From the human T2T-CHM13v2.0 reference genome, Homo sapiens: a DNA stretch of 64,000 bases. The translations under genes were made by a program, and so were the position numbers. Of the stretch, positions 56,789 to 64,000 are shown piece by piece. Position 1 is the first letter of the stretch. Every line of letters starts with the position of its first letter. Where the stretch lies: assembly GCF_009914755.1 (NCBI RefSeq), contig NC_060943.1; one strand, 5' to 3'. The notes beneath the pieces were generated by a model. It saw nothing but the letters and a program-made list of their open reading frames with translations, was not told where the DNA came from and did no database searches.

Positions 56789-56940
56789 AAGGGCCAAGGC
56801 GTTATCGTCGGCCACGCACAAGATTTCTCTCCAAACAACTCACAGCATTGAGAGAATTGCTTGAAAAGACCATGCACCCAAGTTTGGCTACAATGGGGAA
56901 ACTGGCTTCAAAGCTACAACTTGATCTATCCGTAGTAAAG
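56789..56940 (+). CDS. LEUTX: LEUTX exon 2 (homeodomain residues 1-46, Leu at position 20)
   Basis: ctgcag acceptor; EGPRRYRRPRTRFLSKQLTALRELLEKTMHPSLATMGKLASKLQLDLSVVK; AAG|gt donor at the PRD-class 46/47 intron position. Confidence 0.95.
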
Positions 56941-57419
56941 GTCTGTTCCCAAGTGTGTCTGTAGGTAGCACGCCTAACCCAGAGCTTCACACACACTTTT
57001 GATCATTGTTATAACAGTTCCTATTTATTGGCAATTGCTATGTGTAAGGACAGATGTTAAGCACTTTATATTTTTATTGTCATGAGCACCCACTTTATTG
57101 AGGAACACTAAAGCTCACATAGAAGAGCTGTCTTCCAAGCATTATAAACACAAGAGTTGGAATTTGAACCCAGACCTTTCCAACTCCAGACCCACCATGC
57201 TACACAGGACTCTTTGAGGCTGGATCTCAGATACTCCCATTTGGGTCTGTTCTTGTGTATTCAGGATGGGTTCTGCTTAATCAGGACCATCACAGTCATC
57301 CAGATGCCTGTCACTAAGTTCCCACAAAGTATTCATGGGAGAACACCTGGATGAACCCTAAAGATGACCCAAGCTAAACTCTCACCCCATACTCTGACTT
57401 TAAAATACTTTCTCTGGGC

Positions 57420-57712
57420 ACCAGGAATGGTGGCTCACACTTGTAATCCCAGCACTTTGGGAGGTGGAGGCAGGAGGATCGCTTAAGCCCAGTTTAAGAC
57501 CAGCCTGGGCAACATAGCAAGACCATGTCTTTACAAACAAAAATTAAAAATTAACCAGACATGGAGGCACATGGCTGTAGTCCCAGCTACTTGGGAGACT
57601 GAGATAGGAGGATTGCTTAAGCCCAGGAGTTCAAGGCTGCAGCGAGCTATGATTGCAGCACTGCACTCCAGGCTGGGTGACAGAGTGGTAGCTTGTCTCA
57701 AAAAAAAAAAAA
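57420..57712 (+). mobile_element. AluJ in LEUTX intron 2
   Basis: Diverged Alu with poly(A). Confidence 0.85.
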
Positions 57713-57960
57713 TACACCACTAATAAAAACACCCTTCTATTTAATACATCACAATCTAGGTCATATTCCACCCATTGCTAGTACAATCCTACACCCACTT
57801 TTCCCTTGAAACCCAGGACAGCAGAGAGTAGAAAGGGCTTCCCTTGTTCCAATAAATGTGAGACTCTCTCTCACACCAAAAAACCGAATTCCTGAGGAAC
57901 ATGAGGATGCCCCTTTATACTCAACATCCATTATTAACCTCCCCCCTCCTCCCTCCTTAG

Positions 57961-58398
57961 ATCTGGTTCAAGAACCAGCGTGCCAAATGGAAGAGGCAGC
58001 AGCGGCAGCAAATGCAGACACGGCCATCACTAGGGCCAGCAAACCAGACAACTTCAGTGAAGAAGGAGGAGACTCCCTCAGCCATAACTACTGCAAACAT
58101 TCGTCCAGTAAGTCCTGGAATCTCTGATGCAAATGACCATGATCTACGTGAGCCTTCTGGTATCAAGAATCCTGGAGGAGCCAGCGCCTCTGCGAGGGTT
58201 TCATCCTGGGATTCTCAGTCATATGACATTGAACAGATATGTCTGGGGGCTTCAAATCCTCCTTGGGCCTCCACTCTCTTTGAAATAGATGAATTTGTAA
58301 AGATCTATGACTTGCCAGGGGAAGATGACACCAGCAGCCTAAATCAATATCTTTTTCCAGTATGCCTTGAGTATGACCAGCTCCAATCTTCAGTGTAA
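57961..58398 (+). CDS. LEUTX: LEUTX exon 3 (IWFKNQRAKWKR with K50; acidic C-terminal Leutx domain)
   Basis: Polypyrimidine tract and ttag acceptor; 7+152+438 nt = 198 aa plus TAA. Confidence 0.96.
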   Translation: MWFKNQRAKWKRQQRQQMQTRPSLGPANQTTSVKKEETPSAITTANIRPVSPGISDANDHDLREPSGIKNPGGASASARVSSWDSQSYDIEQICLGASNPPWASTLFEIDEFVKIYDLPGEDDTSSLNQYLFPVCLEYDQLQSSV

Positions 58399-58529
58399 CT
58401 TCTTACACATCACTTCTAGGGGAGGTCTGGATCTGACCCACTGAGACATATTTCCACACATCTTTAATGGTTTGACCCCAGTCTAAGTAGATCAGGGGCT
58501 GGGAATTTATCTTTTTCTGTAGAAAAAAC

Positions 58530-58685
58530 AATAAAGGAACTCCCCTACCTTTCATCATTGCCTGCATTTTCTGAACTCCATTTGAGTGCCTCCTCACCCA
58601 AATTTCAGCATTAAAGATTGTATTCAGAGAAGTGACGCCAGGAACACAGTGACATAGGAGGTTCCTGATTGATGGACTGAATAAA
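58530..58685 (+). terminator. LEUTX: Candidate LEUTX polyadenylation signals (AATAAA 58530, ATTAAA 58610, AATAAA 58680)
   Basis: Hexamers downstream of the stop; which one is used cannot be read from sequence. Confidence 0.55.
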
Positions 58686-58777
58686 CGTCTGTGCCTACAT
58701 CAGTTCTCTCTGGAAGAAAGTCAGAAGTGAGTGGAGAGACTCCTACACACCAGGCAACTAAGAAAATGTCTTAGCAG

Positions 58778-59075
58778 GCCAGTCGCGGTGGCTCACGCCT
58801 GTAATTCCAGCACTTTGGGAGGCCAAGGTGGGTGGATCACGAGGTCAGGAGATCAAGACCATCCCGGCTAACATGGTGAAACGCTGTCTCTACTAAAAAT
58901 ACAAAAAATTAGCTGGGTGTGGTGGTGGGCACCTGTAGTCCCAGCTGCTTGGGAGGCTGAGGCAAGAGAATTGCTTGAACCCGGGAGGCGGAGGTTGCGT
59001 GAGCCAAGATTGCACCACTGCACTCCAGCCTGGGCGACAGAGTAAGACTCCATCTCAAAAAAAAAAAAAAAAGAA
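58778..59075 (+). mobile_element. AluS/Y
   Basis: Full Alu with poly(A). Confidence 0.9.
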
Positions 59076-59149
59076 AAGGAAGAAAAGACAAGAAAAAAAA
59101 TGTCTTATCAAACAGGCAGCAAAAGCTGAAGCACTCAGAAACACTAAAC

Positions 59150-63925
<4,776 letters not shown>

Positions 63926-64000
63926 CTAGCTTGATCTTAAAGGAATGAATGATTCCCTAAGAGAACTTAGTGAGGGCTGGAGCCCTTGAGTTCCACCAGC

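Noticed and set aside
58012-58398. 128-aa ORF as a separate gene
   Set aside because: It starts at an internal Met of LEUTX exon 3

Overview
Primate (almost certainly human) genomic DNA from the 19q13.2 galectin cluster/LEUTX region, identified from recognised protein sequences. It holds the complete 4-exon CLC gene (galectin-10, minus strand, 142 aa, Val28 allele) and the complete 3-exon LEUTX PRD-like homeobox gene (plus strand, 198 aa). LEUTX has a 7-nt coding first exon behind DUX4-type motifs, plus a likely upstream alternative exon. Two dead galectins are present. One is a CLC-like paralog at the window start, where only exon 1, promoter and intron 1 are visible. The other is a strongly diverged plus-strand fossil at about 28.3-30.7 kb whose exons resemble ruminant galectin-15 (from recall) more than CLC, and which has two exon-2 copies. 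Other structure: an ~11 kb array of three diverged tandem units containing an unidentified segment; a ~415-bp inverted duplication carrying convergent CTCF motifs next to a very young AluYa-type insertion; twin-primed L1 insertions; an Alu fold-back palindrome; and a homeodomain-motif cluster upstream of LEUTX. The remainder is mostly Alu, L1, L2 and LTR sequence. Repeat subfamily calls are by eye and approximate.
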